Assembly (NCBI GenBank): GCA_965215505.1
Contig: OZ244065.1
Coordinates: forward strand, 320,001-384,000
Origin: Capsulimonadaceae bacterium
GTDB lineage: Bacteria; Armatimonadota; Armatimonadia; Armatimonadales; Capsulimonadaceae
Reading direction: 5' to 3'
DNA length: 64,000 bases
In this document: positions 38,337 through 48,054 of the stretch, piece by piece
Numbering within the stretch: the stretch's first letter is position 1
Layout of the letters: each line of letters begins with the position of its first letter
Program-made: the position numbers and the translations under genes
The notes under the pieces: model-generated
Database searches by the model: none
Told to the model about the DNA's origin: nothing
What the model saw: the letters and a program-made list of their open reading frames with translations, nothing else

Positions 38337-39266
38337 TTAGGAGGGTGGGAAGTCCCATTGTACCACCTGTGCCGCTAGCGTCTGTAACGGGGCGAACAAG
38401 TCAGGGTGAATCAGGGCGGCCAGCATCTCCAGGCTGTCCACGAGGCGCGGGCCGGGCCGGCTGAAGTAGTCGGAGCCGTTGACGACAAAGACCCGCCTGC
38501 CCCGCACGGCGGGCAGGCCCGCGTAGCCGGGGAGCGCCTCCAAAGCGGGCATGTCCTGGGCTGACCGCTTCACGCCGAAGCCGCACTGCGCGATGACGAG
38601 GACCTGGGGGGCGAAGTCCACGATGGACTCCCAAGACACCTGCGTGGACGGTCGGTGCATCCGCCCGATGCCGTCCACGCCGCCCGCGATCTCTACGAGT
38701 TCGGGGTCCCAGTGGCCGCCGCAGAACAGCGGATCGATCCATTCCAGCAGGACGGTCCGGGGCCGCGTTCCCGCCCGGCTTGCCCGCGCGCGGACGGCCT
38801 CGATCCGCCCGCGTAGGCCCGCCAGCAGGCGGTCGGCCTCCGCCTCATGGCCCGTGGCAAGGCCGACCAGGCGGATCGTGTCCAGCACGTCGGCCAGCGA
38901 GTTCGGCTCCAGGTTGAGTACGCGCGGGCCGGGCGGGGGCAGGGAGCGGACGGCGTTCAGCACGCTGTCGTAGGAGACGGCGCAGACGTCGCAGAGCTGC
39001 TGCGTGAGGATGAGGTCAGGCTGTATCCCGGCCAGCAGGTCCCGATCAATCGTGTAGAGCGAGTGGGACTGGTCGAGCTGCCCGCGCACCGCCTCGTCTA
39101 TCGCGCCGCTGCTCAGGCCGTGCGGCAGGACACTGCGCGTGATGACCGGCTTCCGGCCCGCCTCGGGCGGGTAGTCGCACTCGTGCGTGACGGCGGCGAG
39201 GTGGTCGCCCAGCCCGAGCGCGTAAACGATCTCGGTCGCGCTCGGCAGCAGTGATACGATCTTCAT
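38337..39266 (-). CDS. Cobalamin/iron ABC transporter substrate-binding protein (BtuF-like, no signal peptide)
   Basis: MKIVSLLPSATEIVYALG, VTHECDYP, TQQLCDVCAV, FSRPGPRL. Confidence 0.85.
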   Translation of the reverse strand: MKIVSLLPSATEIVYALGLGDHLAAVTHECDYPPEAGRKPVITRSVLPHGLSSGAIDEAVRGQLDQSHSLYTIDRDLLAGIQPDLILTQQLCDVCAVSYDSVLNAVRSLPPPGPRVLNLEPNSLADVLDTIRLVGLATGHEAEADRLLAGLRGRIEAVRARASRAGTRPRTVLLEWIDPLFCGGHWDPELVEIAGGVDGIGRMHRPSTQVSWESIVDFAPQVLVIAQCGFGVKRSAQDMPALEALPGYAGLPAVRGRRVFVVNGSDYFSRPGPRLVDSLEMLAALIHPDLFAPLQTLAAQVVQWDFPPS

Positions 39267-39356
39267 GTGTCCCTCTTGTTACCGCCCGCCTCATGGCTCA
39301 AACGCGGGAGGCTCTTGTGTGACAAGAAAAGCGAAAGGCAGAACGGGATAGGAGAA

Positions 39357-39405
39357 GACGAGTGAATGAATTCACTCGCTCCCGTAAGACCTGTCCAGGG
39401 GACAG
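39357..39405. repeat. Single family B REP unit
   Basis: GACGAGTGAATGAATTCACTCGCT...CCTGTCCAGGGGACAG. Confidence 0.7.
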
Positions 39406-39431
39406 AAGAAAGACGAGAGGGGGGGTTACTG

Positions 39432-40484
39432 TCAGGCACCTTCCCCTTTGTCCGAGACGCCCGCCTCCTCGAACGTCGCCACGTCGCGCAGGACGGCGGC
39501 GGCGAGGCGGACCAGGGGCAGGGCGAAGGCCGCGCCGCTGGCCTCGCCAAGCCGCAGGCCGAGGTCGAGCAGGGGCGTCAGGCCCAGGGCGTCCAGCAGG
39601 ACCGCATGGCCCGGCTCCGGCGAGCGGTGGGCGGCGATGAAGTAGGGGCGGACGGCGGGGTCGAGCCGGTCGGCGGCCAGCGCGGCGGCCGTCGTGATGA
39701 ACCCGTCGAGCAGGATGGGGACGCGCTTGGAGGCCGCCGCCAGCATGGTGCCGGCAAGGGCCGCGATCTCCAGCCCGCCCAGCGCGGCCAGTATCTCCAG
39801 AGGGTCGGTCAGGTGCCCATGCCGGGCCAGCCCGAGGCCGACGGCTTCCCGTTTTCGCGCCAGCCCCGACTCGTCCACGCCGGTGCCGCGCCCGATGACC
39901 TCGGAAGGGGGGCAGCCCAGCAGAGCGGACGCCAGGGCCGCCGCCGTGGTCGTGTTGCCGATGCCCATCTCGCCGACGAGGGCGATGCCGACCTGTCCGG
40001 CCTCCTCAAACTGCCGACGCCCCACGCCCAATGCCGCGCGGGCCTCCTCAGCGGTCATCGCCGGCCCCTGCGTCCAGTCCGCCGTGCCGGGCCGGACCTT
40101 GGCGTGACGGACGGGCACGTCGGGCGCGAAGTCCCCGGCCACCCCGACATCGGCGACGTACAATCCAGCACCCATCTGGCCCGCCAACGTGTTGATGACC
40201 GCCCCGCCGCGCGCGAAGTTCAGCACCATTTGGGCCGTGACCTCAGACGGGTAGGCGCTGACGCCGCGCGCCGCCACGCCGTGGTCGGCGGCGTAGACGA
40301 AGATGGCGGCGGGGTCAACGTCCGGGATGGTCCTATCCTGGATGCCCGCGAGCTGCACGGTCAGTTCTTCCAGCCGGCCCAGGCTGCCGGTGGGCTTGGT
40401 CAGGCGGTCCTGTCGGGCGCGGGCGGCCAGGGCGGCGTCCTGATCGAAGGGGGGGATCGGGTCGAAGTCGGGCTGTGTCGGCAT
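39432..40484 (-). CDS. cobT: Nicotinate-nucleotide--dimethylbenzimidazole phosphoribosyltransferase
   Basis: LTKPTGSLGRLE, AADHGV, GEMGIGNTT, GGLEIA, LDGFI, LRLGEASGA. Confidence 0.95.
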   Translation of the reverse strand: MPTQPDFDPIPPFDQDAALAARARQDRLTKPTGSLGRLEELTVQLAGIQDRTIPDVDPAAIFVYAADHGVAARGVSAYPSEVTAQMVLNFARGGAVINTLAGQMGAGLYVADVGVAGDFAPDVPVRHAKVRPGTADWTQGPAMTAEEARAALGVGRRQFEEAGQVGIALVGEMGIGNTTTAAALASALLGCPPSEVIGRGTGVDESGLARKREAVGLGLARHGHLTDPLEILAALGGLEIAALAGTMLAAASKRVPILLDGFITTAAALAADRLDPAVRPYFIAAHRSPEPGHAVLLDALGLTPLLDLGLRLGEASGAAFALPLVRLAAAVLRDVATFEEAGVSDKGEGA

Positions 40485-40493
40485 GATAGTCTC

Positions 40494-41270
40494 CTAAGAG
40501 TGGGGCAATGTGGCGATCAAAAGCGTCAATGTCTCGACCAGTTGGTTCGTCGCGCCCAGGCAGTCGCCGGTCACTCCGCCGAAGCGGCGGCGGTAAAACA
40601 AACCCGTCAGCAGCAGGACGGCAAGCGCGCCGCCCAGCAGCCACAGGCCGCGCCAGACGCCAATCAGGGCAACCAGGCAGGCTGCCATCAAGGCGGTCGC
40701 CAGGACCAGCCCGCGCCGGTCGATCAGGGCGGCCAGGCCAGCGCCCAGGCCCTTCGCCCCCCGTGCGTCCGGCAGCCAGAGGGCGAGCGGCAGGGACGAC
40801 CAGCGGGCCAGGACGTGGGCGGCGAGCAGGACGGGCCAGAACGAGTGCGGGGCAAGGGCGGAGAGCGCGGCGGCTTTGAGCGTCAGCACCGCCCACAGGG
40901 CGACCGCGCCGAAGGTCCCGATGCGGCTGTCCCGCATGACTTCCAGCGCCTTCTCGCGCAAGTGCGGGCCGAGCGCGTCACTCGTGTCGGCCAGACCGTC
41001 CTCGTGGAACGCGCCCGTTGTCATCGCCGTGGCGGCGACGGTCAGGGCTGCCCCGGCAAGTGGCGGCAGGGACAACGCCGCGGACCCCAGCCAGGCCAGC
41101 GCGCCGATGCCGCCGACCACCAGGCCGACGACCGGGAAGAAGACCAGCGCCCGCCGCCGCCCGTCGGCGGGCGGGTCGTAGGCGTCGTCAGGGACGAACA
41201 GGATGGGGATGCGCGTCAAAAACTGGACTGCGATCAATGGCCCCCAGAGCCAGCCCGACCAGGCTTTCAT
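40494..41270 (-). CDS. cobS: Adenosylcobinamide-GDP ribazoletransferase
   Basis: QFLTRIP, TGAFHEDGLADTSD, MRDSRIGTFG, GGVTGDCLGA. Confidence 0.95.
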   Translation of the reverse strand: MKAWSGWLWGPLIAVQFLTRIPILFVPDDAYDPPADGRRRALVFFPVVGLVVGGIGALAWLGSAALSLPPLAGAALTVAATAMTTGAFHEDGLADTSDALGPHLREKALEVMRDSRIGTFGAVALWAVLTLKAAALSALAPHSFWPVLLAAHVLARWSSLPLALWLPDARGAKGLGAGLAALIDRRGLVLATALMAACLVALIGVWRGLWLLGGALAVLLLTGLFYRRRFGGVTGDCLGATNQLVETLTLLIATLPHS

Positions 41271-41839
41271 GCCGCCCCCGTCTGGGAGGGCTTGACGCGC
41301 AGGGGGATGCCCGCGACAAGCAGGACGACCTCGTCGGCTGCCGCCGCCGCTGCCTGGTTCGCCCGGCCCGCCACGTCCCGCCAGACGCGCCCCAGGGCCG
41401 TTCCGGGGACCATGCCCATGCCGACCTCATTAGACACGAGCAGTACGCGGGCCGGGGCCTCCTGCGCCGCCCGCAGCAGGTCGGCGACGGCGGTTTCGAC
41501 CCCGGCCTCATCCCAGACGTCCGCGTCGCAGTGGGCGGCGTCGCCCGCACGGAGCAGGTGGTTGGTCACGAAGAAGGTCAGGCAGTCAATCAGGATGACC
41601 GGTGCCTCCGACTCCCGGCGCAGGAAATCCGCCACGTCCAGAGGCTCCTCCACCGTCCGCCAGTGGGCGGGCCGGTCGGACTGATGCTTTGAAATGCGGG
41701 CGGCCATCTCGTCGTCGCCCGCCTGCGCGGTCGCGACGAACAGGACGGGACGGCCGCCGGCTTCCCGCTCGGCCATTTCCTGCGCGTGGCGGCTCTTGCC
41801 GGAGCGCGCCCCGCCTAAGATCAACGTCAATCGGCTCAT
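41267..41839 (-). CDS. cobU: Adenosylcobinamide kinase/guanylyltransferase
   Basis: LGGARSGKS, DDEMAARI..H, LIDCLT, VSNEVGMG, VAGIP. Confidence 0.95.
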   Translation of the reverse strand: MSRLTLILGGARSGKSRHAQEMAEREAGGRPVLFVATAQAGDDEMAARISKHQSDRPAHWRTVEEPLDVADFLRRESEAPVILIDCLTFFVTNHLLRAGDAAHCDADVWDEAGVETAVADLLRAAQEAPARVLLVSNEVGMGMVPGTALGRVWRDVAGRANQAAAAAADEVVLLVAGIPLRVKPSQTGAA

Positions 41840-42699
41840 CTTGCAAATCCTTCCGGGTGCAGCGCCCGCGCGACGGCCAGCAGGCCCAGCCCCAGACGCG
41901 GGCCGGGGCGGTCGGTCAGGTCGCCGGTCAGGGCGAAGACGTGACGCCGCCGGACGGCCCGAAACGATGCCGCGCCGGGGATGTCCAGCGCCTTGTGGTC
42001 CATGCCCGTGAGGATGACGTCGGGCTGGTCCCTCAGCAGCCGCTCCGGCGAGTAGGACGGGTAGCTTACGCCTGCGCGTTCGGCGACGTTGACGCCGCCG
42101 GCCAGCCGGATCAAGTCGCCGATGAAACTGCCGCCCCCCGCCGTCATCAGCGGCTTGTCCCAGACCACGACGAAGACACGCGGATGTGTCCGACCGCGCA
42201 CGGCCCGCGCGACGGCGGCCCGCGCCGCCCGCATCCGTGCCAGGGTGTCCGCCGTCGCTTGTGGCGTCCCGGCCAGCGCACCCAGGGCGGCGACATCCGC
42301 CTCGACCTGAGCGTAAGTCGCCGCCGAGGTGACGTAGACCGGCGCGCGCCACCGCGCCGCCAGCGCGTCCGCCCGCGCGGCTGGCAAGGTCTGGTCCGCC
42401 AGGATGACGAGGTCGGGCCGCAGGGCGAGTATCTTCTCCGCATTGGGCGTCACCGGCCCGCCGACGTGCGGGAGGGTCCGCGCGGCGGGCGGGAAGTCGC
42501 AGTAGACGGTGTCGCCCGCGATCCTGCTTCCGGCCCCGACCGCGTACAGTATCTCGGTCACGCTGGGTGCCAGCGAGACGATGCGCCGAGGCGGGAGCGG
42601 CAGGGAGACCAGCCGCCCAAGGTCATCCGTGACCGTCTGCGACGCGCCCGCCGGGAGTGGAAGGAGCGCGAGGCAAGCCAGAAAGAGGCAGGACCGCAT
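41836..42699 (-). CDS. Secreted cobalamin-binding periplasmic protein (BtuF-like)
   Basis: Signal peptide; TDDLGR...RIVSLAPSVTEILYAVG...YCDFP...RPGPRL. Confidence 0.85.
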   Translation of the reverse strand: MRSCLFLACLALLPLPAGASQTVTDDLGRLVSLPLPPRRIVSLAPSVTEILYAVGAGSRIAGDTVYCDFPPAARTLPHVGGPVTPNAEKILALRPDLVILADQTLPAARADALAARWRAPVYVTSAATYAQVEADVAALGALAGTPQATADTLARMRAARAAVARAVRGRTHPRVFVVVWDKPLMTAGGGSFIGDLIRLAGGVNVAERAGVSYPSYSPERLLRDQPDVILTGMDHKALDIPGAASFRAVRRRHVFALTGDLTDRPGPRLGLGLLAVARALHPEGFAR

Positions 42700-43541
42700 C
42701 AGGGCGTCCCCCTGCCGTTGAACAGCTCGTCCGTCGTCAGGTCGCCGTCCTCGTCAATGTCGCCCAGACCGAGCGGCGTGAACTGGCTGGCGTTGTAGCC
42801 GTTCATGTAGCCGAACGCCCCGGAGCGGTAGGTCGGGCGGATCGCCTTGACATGGCCGTCCAGCCAGAGGACGTTGCCCGTGCCGTTGTGCAGGCCGTGG
42901 AAGTTCGGAAAGCCGTCGCTCGGCGCATCCAGATACGGGTCGGCTTTGAAGGCGTTCTTCGCCGGGTCGAGCTGCCCGGCGTCGGCCATCTGCACCGTCC
43001 GACTGGGCGCTTGGATGGTCGCGAGCGAAACGGAGCGCGGCTCATAGTTGCCGCCCCCGATGTCCCTGTAGGGCGAGAGGTAGTCGGCGTTGTACCCGTA
43101 CCCGGTCAGGCCGAGGGCGGTGCTGACATTGGCGTCGAGTGACGGGCAGACCTGGATCTGCGAACTCCTCATGTACGGCTGGACCAGCCCCAGGCCCGCG
43201 CCCATGTGGTAGCCAGTGCCGTCCTGAGTCCCCCACCAGGTGACATAAGTGCCGGGAGCCGATCCATCCACGTTGTACGGGACGACGAGTTCGTCGGCGT
43301 CCTGCGAATACATCATGCCGGCCAGGCCGATCTGTTTGAGGTTGGAGGCACACGACGCCCGGCGGGCGTTCTCGCGCACTTTGGAGAAGACGGGGAACAG
43401 GATCGCCGCGAGAATCGCGATGATCGCGATGACGACGAGCAGTTCGATCAGGGTGAACGCTTGGGGAAGCGCCCGGCGGGGGGCCGGGGTGGAGACGAGG
43501 CGACGCCGTGTGAGGGACGCGCCGGGGACGTGGCGAGACAT
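42699..43541 (-). CDS. Type IV prepilin-like DUF1559 protein with H-X9-DG motif
   Basis: [25 protein letters not shown]...[31 protein letters not shown]. Confidence 0.9.
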   Translation of the reverse strand: MSRHVPGASLTRRRLVSTPAPRRALPQAFTLIELLVVIAIIAILAAILFPVFSKVRENARRASCASNLKQIGLAGMMYSQDADELVVPYNVDGSAPGTYVTWWGTQDGTGYHMGAGLGLVQPYMRSSQIQVCPSLDANVSTALGLTGYGYNADYLSPYRDIGGGNYEPRSVSLATIQAPSRTVQMADAGQLDPAKNAFKADPYLDAPSDGFPNFHGLHNGTGNVLWLDGHVKAIRPTYRSGAFGYMNGYNASQFTPLGLGDIDEDGDLTTDELFNGRGTP

Positions 43542-43605
43542 GGGTGTTTCTTTCCGCCTGTCGCGCGCAGGCAGGAACAGCCGGAAGACTCCTGTCTTCC
43601 GGGCA

Positions 43606-43776
43606 CCTTCGGCTGGCATTCTGGCTGAGCGGCCCGCGTCCCGAGGGACGGAGCCGCATCACAGTTGCGGGACAGCGCCGGAATAGCCTTGGCACTGAAA
43701 CGAGTCAACGCTTCAGCGAGCAAGGCGCACCGGACTTCCCCATTTAAGCGCCGCGTTGACCGCGACGCACCGAGGG
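43606..43776 (-). ncRNA. Cobalamin riboswitch
   Basis: Minus strand GGTGC...TAAATGGGGAAGTCCGGTG...ATTCCGGCGCTGTCCCGCAACTGTGA...AGCCAGAATGCC (B12 box), upstream of cob genes. Confidence 0.9.
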
Positions 43777-43804
43777 TTGGGGCACGATGTAGTTTTGAAG
43801 TGTG

Positions 43805-43834
43805 AGTATAGCAGGGTGGGGCGGGGGAAGTCAA
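43805..43834 (-). promoter_or_regulatory. sigma70 promoter of the riboswitch/cob operon
   Basis: TTGACT-18 nt-TATACT with extended TG. Confidence 0.7.
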
Positions 43835-44076
43835 GGGGAACCCACCCCGGCGCGAGCGCCGACCCGCCCGAAACGGGAGGGTGGGGTGAGAAGGTTGTTG
43901 GGGGGGTAGCGGGATGAGTGGGGGGCTAGGGGGTTAAGGGGTGTTCCGAAGGGAGGTGGCTGCCCGCGCCCCTTAACAGGACAGCCGCCCACTCATCCCG
44001 CCAAACCTCCCGATCACCCTCCCAGTCCACCTTCCCGTTTCGGGCGGGTCGGCGCTCGCGTCGGGGTGGGTTCCCC
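43835..44076. mobile_element. MITE/REPIN-like element with ~50-bp terminal inverted repeats
   Basis: GGGGAACCCACCCCGGCGCGAGCGCCGACCCGCCCGAAACGGGAGGGTGG is inverted at 44027-44076 with 2 mismatches; inner inverted repeat 43909-43927/43983-44001. Confidence 0.65.
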
Positions 44077-45315
44077 CGCCGCCTCGCCCGCCGCCTCGCC
44101 CGCCGCCCACCCGGTACTCCAGGCCGCCTGCAAGTTGTAGCCGCCGACCGGCCCGGCGATGTCCAGCACCTCGCCGCACAGATACAAGCCTTCCACCCGG
44201 CGTGACCGCATCGTGCCCGCCTCCACCTCGTCCAGCGCGACGCCGCCCGCGACCACCTCGCCGCGCTCCAAAGGGACGTGGCGGACCGTGCCGAGCGGCC
44301 AGGCTTTCAGGGTGGAAACCAGCTTGTTCAGCGCCTTCGCGGTCAGGTACGCCCCGCGCGTCTCGGCGGGCACGTCGGCGGCGGCCAGCAGCGGCTCCAA
44401 GAGCCGTGCGGGGACGAACGGGGCGGCCAGGGCACCGACCGTCTTGCGCGGGTTGTCTTTTGCCTGCCGCCGCAGCTCGGCTTGAAGCTCCTCCCAGGTC
44501 AGGCCCGGCGCGAGGTCCGCCTCCACCGCGCTGACCGCCTCCCGCTCGGCCACCTCGCGCGAGACGCCCAGGGCGGTCGGGCCGGAGACGCCCTTGTGGG
44601 TGAACAGCAGGTCGCCCTGCCAGCGCATGAACTCCTTGCCGCCCCCGCCTGCCCGCGCCCGCAGCACGGTGTCGCGCAGGGCCACGCCCGACCACTGCGG
44701 GGCGGCGTCGGCGAGGTACAGGGGAGCCAGTGCGGCCCGCAGCGGCACGACCGTGTGCCCGAGCGACGTCAGCCACGGCCAGCCGTCCCCGGTCGTCCCG
44801 GTGGCGGGGTACGACGAGCCGCCGGTAGACACGATGACGCGCGAGGCCGGCAGCGTCTCCGCCCCGACCTGCACCGCCCGCATCCGGCCCCCTTGGGCCA
44901 CCAGCCCGGTGACGGACGCCCCGTAGCGGATGCTTACACCCGCCTCCTCGACGTGGCGCGTCAGCAATGCGACGACATCCTTGGCGTTTGCCGGCTCGAC
45001 CGGGAAGATGCGCCCGTCGGGCCGCACATAAGTCTCCATGCCCCGGTCGTGCAGGATACGCAGGAAGTCCTGGTTGGTGAACTTGTAAAACGAGGGCTTC
45101 AGGAACCGCGCCTCATTGGGCCGGAACTTCGCCCGCACGTCCTCCATCGGCCCGTCGTGGGTGAGGTTGCACTTGCCGCCGCCGGAGATGAGTATCTTCA
45201 TCCCCAGCCGGTCGTTCTTCTCCAGCAGCGTGACGCGCGCCCCGCACTCGGCGGCCCGCCGGGCGGCCAGCATCCCTGCCGCGCCGCCGCCGATGACAAT
45301 TACTTCCTTTGTCAT
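44014..45315 (-). CDS. HI0933/BaiN-family flavoprotein
   Basis: GGGAAG, KILISGGGKCNLT, TGGSSYPATGTTGDG, LLFTHKGVSGP, GEVLDIAGPVGGYNLQAAWSTG. Confidence 0.92.
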   Translation of the reverse strand: MTKEVIVIGGGAAGMLAARRAAECGARVTLLEKNDRLGMKILISGGGKCNLTHDGPMEDVRAKFRPNEARFLKPSFYKFTNQDFLRILHDRGMETYVRPDGRIFPVEPANAKDVVALLTRHVEEAGVSIRYGASVTGLVAQGGRMRAVQVGAETLPASRVIVSTGGSSYPATGTTGDGWPWLTSLGHTVVPLRAALAPLYLADAAPQWSGVALRDTVLRARAGGGGKEFMRWQGDLLFTHKGVSGPTALGVSREVAEREAVSAVEADLAPGLTWEELQAELRRQAKDNPRKTVGALAAPFVPARLLEPLLAAADVPAETRGAYLTAKALNKLVSTLKAWPLGTVRHVPLERGEVVAGGVALDEVEAGTMRSRRVEGLYLCGEVLDIAGPVGGYNLQAAWSTGWAAGEAAGEAAGEPTPTRAPTRPKREGGLGG

Positions 45316-46133
45316 GGCTTCCATTTCTCGTGCGCGTACTTGTCCAGATGAATGTTCACGCCATGGAACTCTCTATCACGGTCCCCCCCAACCCCGACCT
45401 GGAAGCCGTTCACCGGCAGCGTTAGCTGGACTAGCGAGGGGTCAACATCGTTGAAATCCGACTCCCATGTCCCAACCGTCACACCGTATTTTTGGAGCGC
45501 TTGGGGTGATATGTGGGGTACCCAGCCGCGGACGTAAACCTGACCGTCATGCTTGATGAGGGTCCAACTTTCGGGGGCCCCAGGGGCGTCGGACGAGTAT
45601 GGCTGAAAGCTGCGATTATCCTCATCATAAAAGCATTGCACTGGCTGATTGTCGCCGACCTCTGAGAGCATGACAAGTTTGTTGGAAGCAGTATTGACCA
45701 GCAGGTTCGGGTCCAAGGAGATGGGCTTGGGAATGTTGTTTGGTGCGGGTGCGGCGGTGCTGACGGTTACTGGCTTGGCCGCTTGATGACCCCGCATCTG
45801 TGACAGGCTGTTTTTGCCCAGCCCAAGCCCCAGCAGGATACCTCCCAGGCCAAGCGCCAGCACAAGACGCCCGGCGAGCGGGGGCCGCCGCCGATTGGCC
45901 CTTGTTGGCTCCTGCCGGATTGCCTGCACCTCCGCCAGCACCTCTTCCGGCGTGGTATCCACACCAAGCTGCTGGACGGCCTCACCAATGAAGATCGTAC
46001 CATCTACATTCCGCAACCCGGCGTCTTTCCGCGCCTCGATCCGCGAAAGGGCCAAGGCGAGTTCTTCCGGCGTCACGCGCGCCTGCGCGGCAGGTTGCGT
46101 TTGTGTCTCTGGGTTTTCCTCGTGTTTCAGCAT
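45312..46133 (-). CDS. Unknown single-pass membrane protein, tandem paralog 7
   Basis: MLKHE...RVTPEELA...GTIFIGEAVQQLG; TM helix; WTLIKHDGQVYVRGW; HLDKYAHEKW. Confidence 0.75.
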   Translation of the reverse strand: MLKHEENPETQTQPAAQARVTPEELALALSRIEARKDAGLRNVDGTIFIGEAVQQLGVDTTPEEVLAEVQAIRQEPTRANRRRPPLAGRLVLALGLGGILLGLGLGKNSLSQMRGHQAAKPVTVSTAAPAPNNIPKPISLDPNLLVNTASNKLVMLSEVGDNQPVQCFYDEDNRSFQPYSSDAPGAPESWTLIKHDGQVYVRGWVPHISPQALQKYGVTVGTWESDFNDVDPSLVQLTLPVNGFQVGVGGDRDREFHGVNIHLDKYAHEKWKP

Positions 46134-46165
46134 GATCAGACTTCTTGCATTAGCCCCAGCGCGTG

Positions 46166-46318
46166 TCCCCGGATTGAAATCCGGGTCTTTGAGAGAGCGA
46201 TTGTCCACCTTCGTGGACACAGGATCAACCACCGGGCCATTTTCCCCCACTAGGCCACATCTTCTGTCCGCGAAGGCGGACATTCGCAAGGCTAAAGCCC
46301 TGGAATTCATTCCAGGGC
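46166..46318. repeat. Degenerate inverted pair of REP-like hairpins inside the paralog array
   Basis: CCCGGATTGAAATCCGGGTCTTT and AAAGCCCTGGAATTCATTCCAGGGC. Confidence 0.5.
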
Positions 46319-46348
46319 TTCATTATACCTGATGTCTATATGGCGGCG

Positions 46349-47152
46349 TCACGGCCGCCACTTCTCGTTGGCGTGCTGGTCCAGGTGAACACCTACGGCG
46401 TGGAACCAGACCCCGTTCTTGGGCACTGCCGCCAGATCCTGGAGGGGCAACGTGACCGGAATCACCCAGTTTGGCCGGCTCCGGGCGCTCACATCCATGC
46501 CGTCCGTCTCCGGTTGGCTTTGCACCCTCACTGCGAAGCCGTTCTTTTGCGTTACGCCCGGCGTTGTGCGATAGGTCCAGCCACGGACGTACACCTGACC
46601 GTCGTGTTTGATGAGCGTCCAGGGGTTCTGCGTTGCGCTGTTCGGCGTCCATTGGGTGAACACCACCCGCCCATCCACACCCGACATGTCGCAGTGTACG
46701 GGCTGGCCGTCTTTCACTGCCGAGAGGTTGACCAACTTCCCGGAAGCGGTGCTGACGAGTAGATTGGGATCGAGCAGAACCGGCAGGACGTAGGAGCCGG
46801 CGCTCGCCTGCGCCGCCGCCTGACGCCGCATTTGCCATAGGTCGTTCCCGCCCAGGGCAGCGCCCAGGAGGATGCCGGTCAGGCCGAGCGACAGCGCGAG
46901 ACGCCTGCCGAGGGGCATCCGCCTCTTCCGGGGCACGGCCTGCCGACGGCCCGCCTGGACTTCGGCGAGGACTTCCTCCGGCGTCGCCTCCAGCCCGAGC
47001 TGCTGCACGGCCTCGCCGATGGGAATGGTGCCGTCCGCCCGACGCTGGTCGGTGTCCTGCCGGGCCTCGATCCGCGCGATGGCCGCCGCCAATTCCTCCG
47101 GCGTCACGCGGACGCGGGCGGCCGGCTCTTCGACTTGCTCCTGTTTCAGCAT
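46349..47152 (-). CDS. Unknown single-pass membrane protein, tandem paralog 6
   Basis: RVTPEELA; WTLIKHDGQVYVRGW; HLDQHANEKW. Confidence 0.75.
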   Translation of the reverse strand: MLKQEQVEEPAARVRVTPEELAAAIARIEARQDTDQRRADGTIPIGEAVQQLGLEATPEEVLAEVQAGRRQAVPRKRRMPLGRRLALSLGLTGILLGAALGGNDLWQMRRQAAAQASAGSYVLPVLLDPNLLVSTASGKLVNLSAVKDGQPVHCDMSGVDGRVVFTQWTPNSATQNPWTLIKHDGQVYVRGWTYRTTPGVTQKNGFAVRVQSQPETDGMDVSARSRPNWVIPVTLPLQDLAAVPKNGVWFHAVGVHLDQHANEKWRP

Positions 47153-47176
47153 GGTCCTGTCCCTGTCTATTGCTTC

Positions 47177-48001
47177 TTACGGCTGCCACTTCTCGTAGGC
47201 GTGTTTGTCCAGATGTAGGTGGGCGAAGTAGAACACGGCGGGCGTGTCCGCCGGCCAGTGCCGGTAGGCGACCCCGTCCGCGAACGTGGTGGGCGTCAGC
47301 CGGAACGTGACGGGCGTGGGATGACTGCCCAGCCCCGGCACCGTCGGGGTGCTGTAAACGGGGATGCGTTCGGCCTGCTTCGCGGCGGCACTGGAAAACG
47401 ACGTGGGAGTCCAGCCGCGCAGGTAAAGCTCCCCGTGATACTTCACGGCCGGCCACGTCATGGTGGAAGCCTCCTGCGGGACCCGCTGCGGCTCGAAGCG
47501 GTACTGCCGACTCATGGCGGCGTAGTTGGCGGCCTCGGCGGAGCAAAAGACGGTGCGGCCTTCGGGCGTCTCGGCCAGCGTGCGGATGACCGGCGACGGG
47601 CCGGACCGGTCCTGCACGAGCAGCTTTGCCCCCAGAGAGGCGTTCGTCTCCCCGAAGAACTGGCTGTTCACGCCGTCCAGGTCAGCTGGCGCTTGGAGCC
47701 AGAACCCGCCCAGCGCGAGCAGCACCCCGCCCACGGCCAGCGCGCCGGCGGCGTGGCCGCGCCGCCCGGTCAGATGCCAGGCCGTGCGCCGTTTGGTCCG
47801 CCTGCGCGCCGCCCGGACCTCCGCCAGCAGGTCGGCCTCCGCGATGTCCAGGCCCATCTCGTTCAATAGGGGCCCGAGGGGCTGCGCGCCCTCCGCCTCG
47901 GCCTGCCGCCGCCTCTCGATGGCGGCCACGGCAACCGCGAGTTCTTCCGGCGTCACGCGGGCGGGCGCAGCCTGTTCTTCGGGTTTGTTGTGTCTCAGCA
48001 T
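47177..48001 (-). CDS. Unknown single-pass membrane protein, tandem paralog 5
   Basis: Start MLRHNKPE; RVTPEELA; WPAVKYHGELYLRGW; HLDKHAYEKW. Confidence 0.75.
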   Translation of the reverse strand: MLRHNKPEEQAAPARVTPEELAVAVAAIERRRQAEAEGAQPLGPLLNEMGLDIAEADLLAEVRAARRRTKRRTAWHLTGRRGHAAGALAVGGVLLALGGFWLQAPADLDGVNSQFFGETNASLGAKLLVQDRSGPSPVIRTLAETPEGRTVFCSAEAANYAAMSRQYRFEPQRVPQEASTMTWPAVKYHGELYLRGWTPTSFSSAAAKQAERIPVYSTPTVPGLGSHPTPVTFRLTPTTFADGVAYRHWPADTPAVFYFAHLHLDKHAYEKWQP

Positions 48002-48054
48002 GATCGTGTCGTGTTCCTGCCGGCACCGCCGGTATGCCACTCGCCGGCGGCTTG

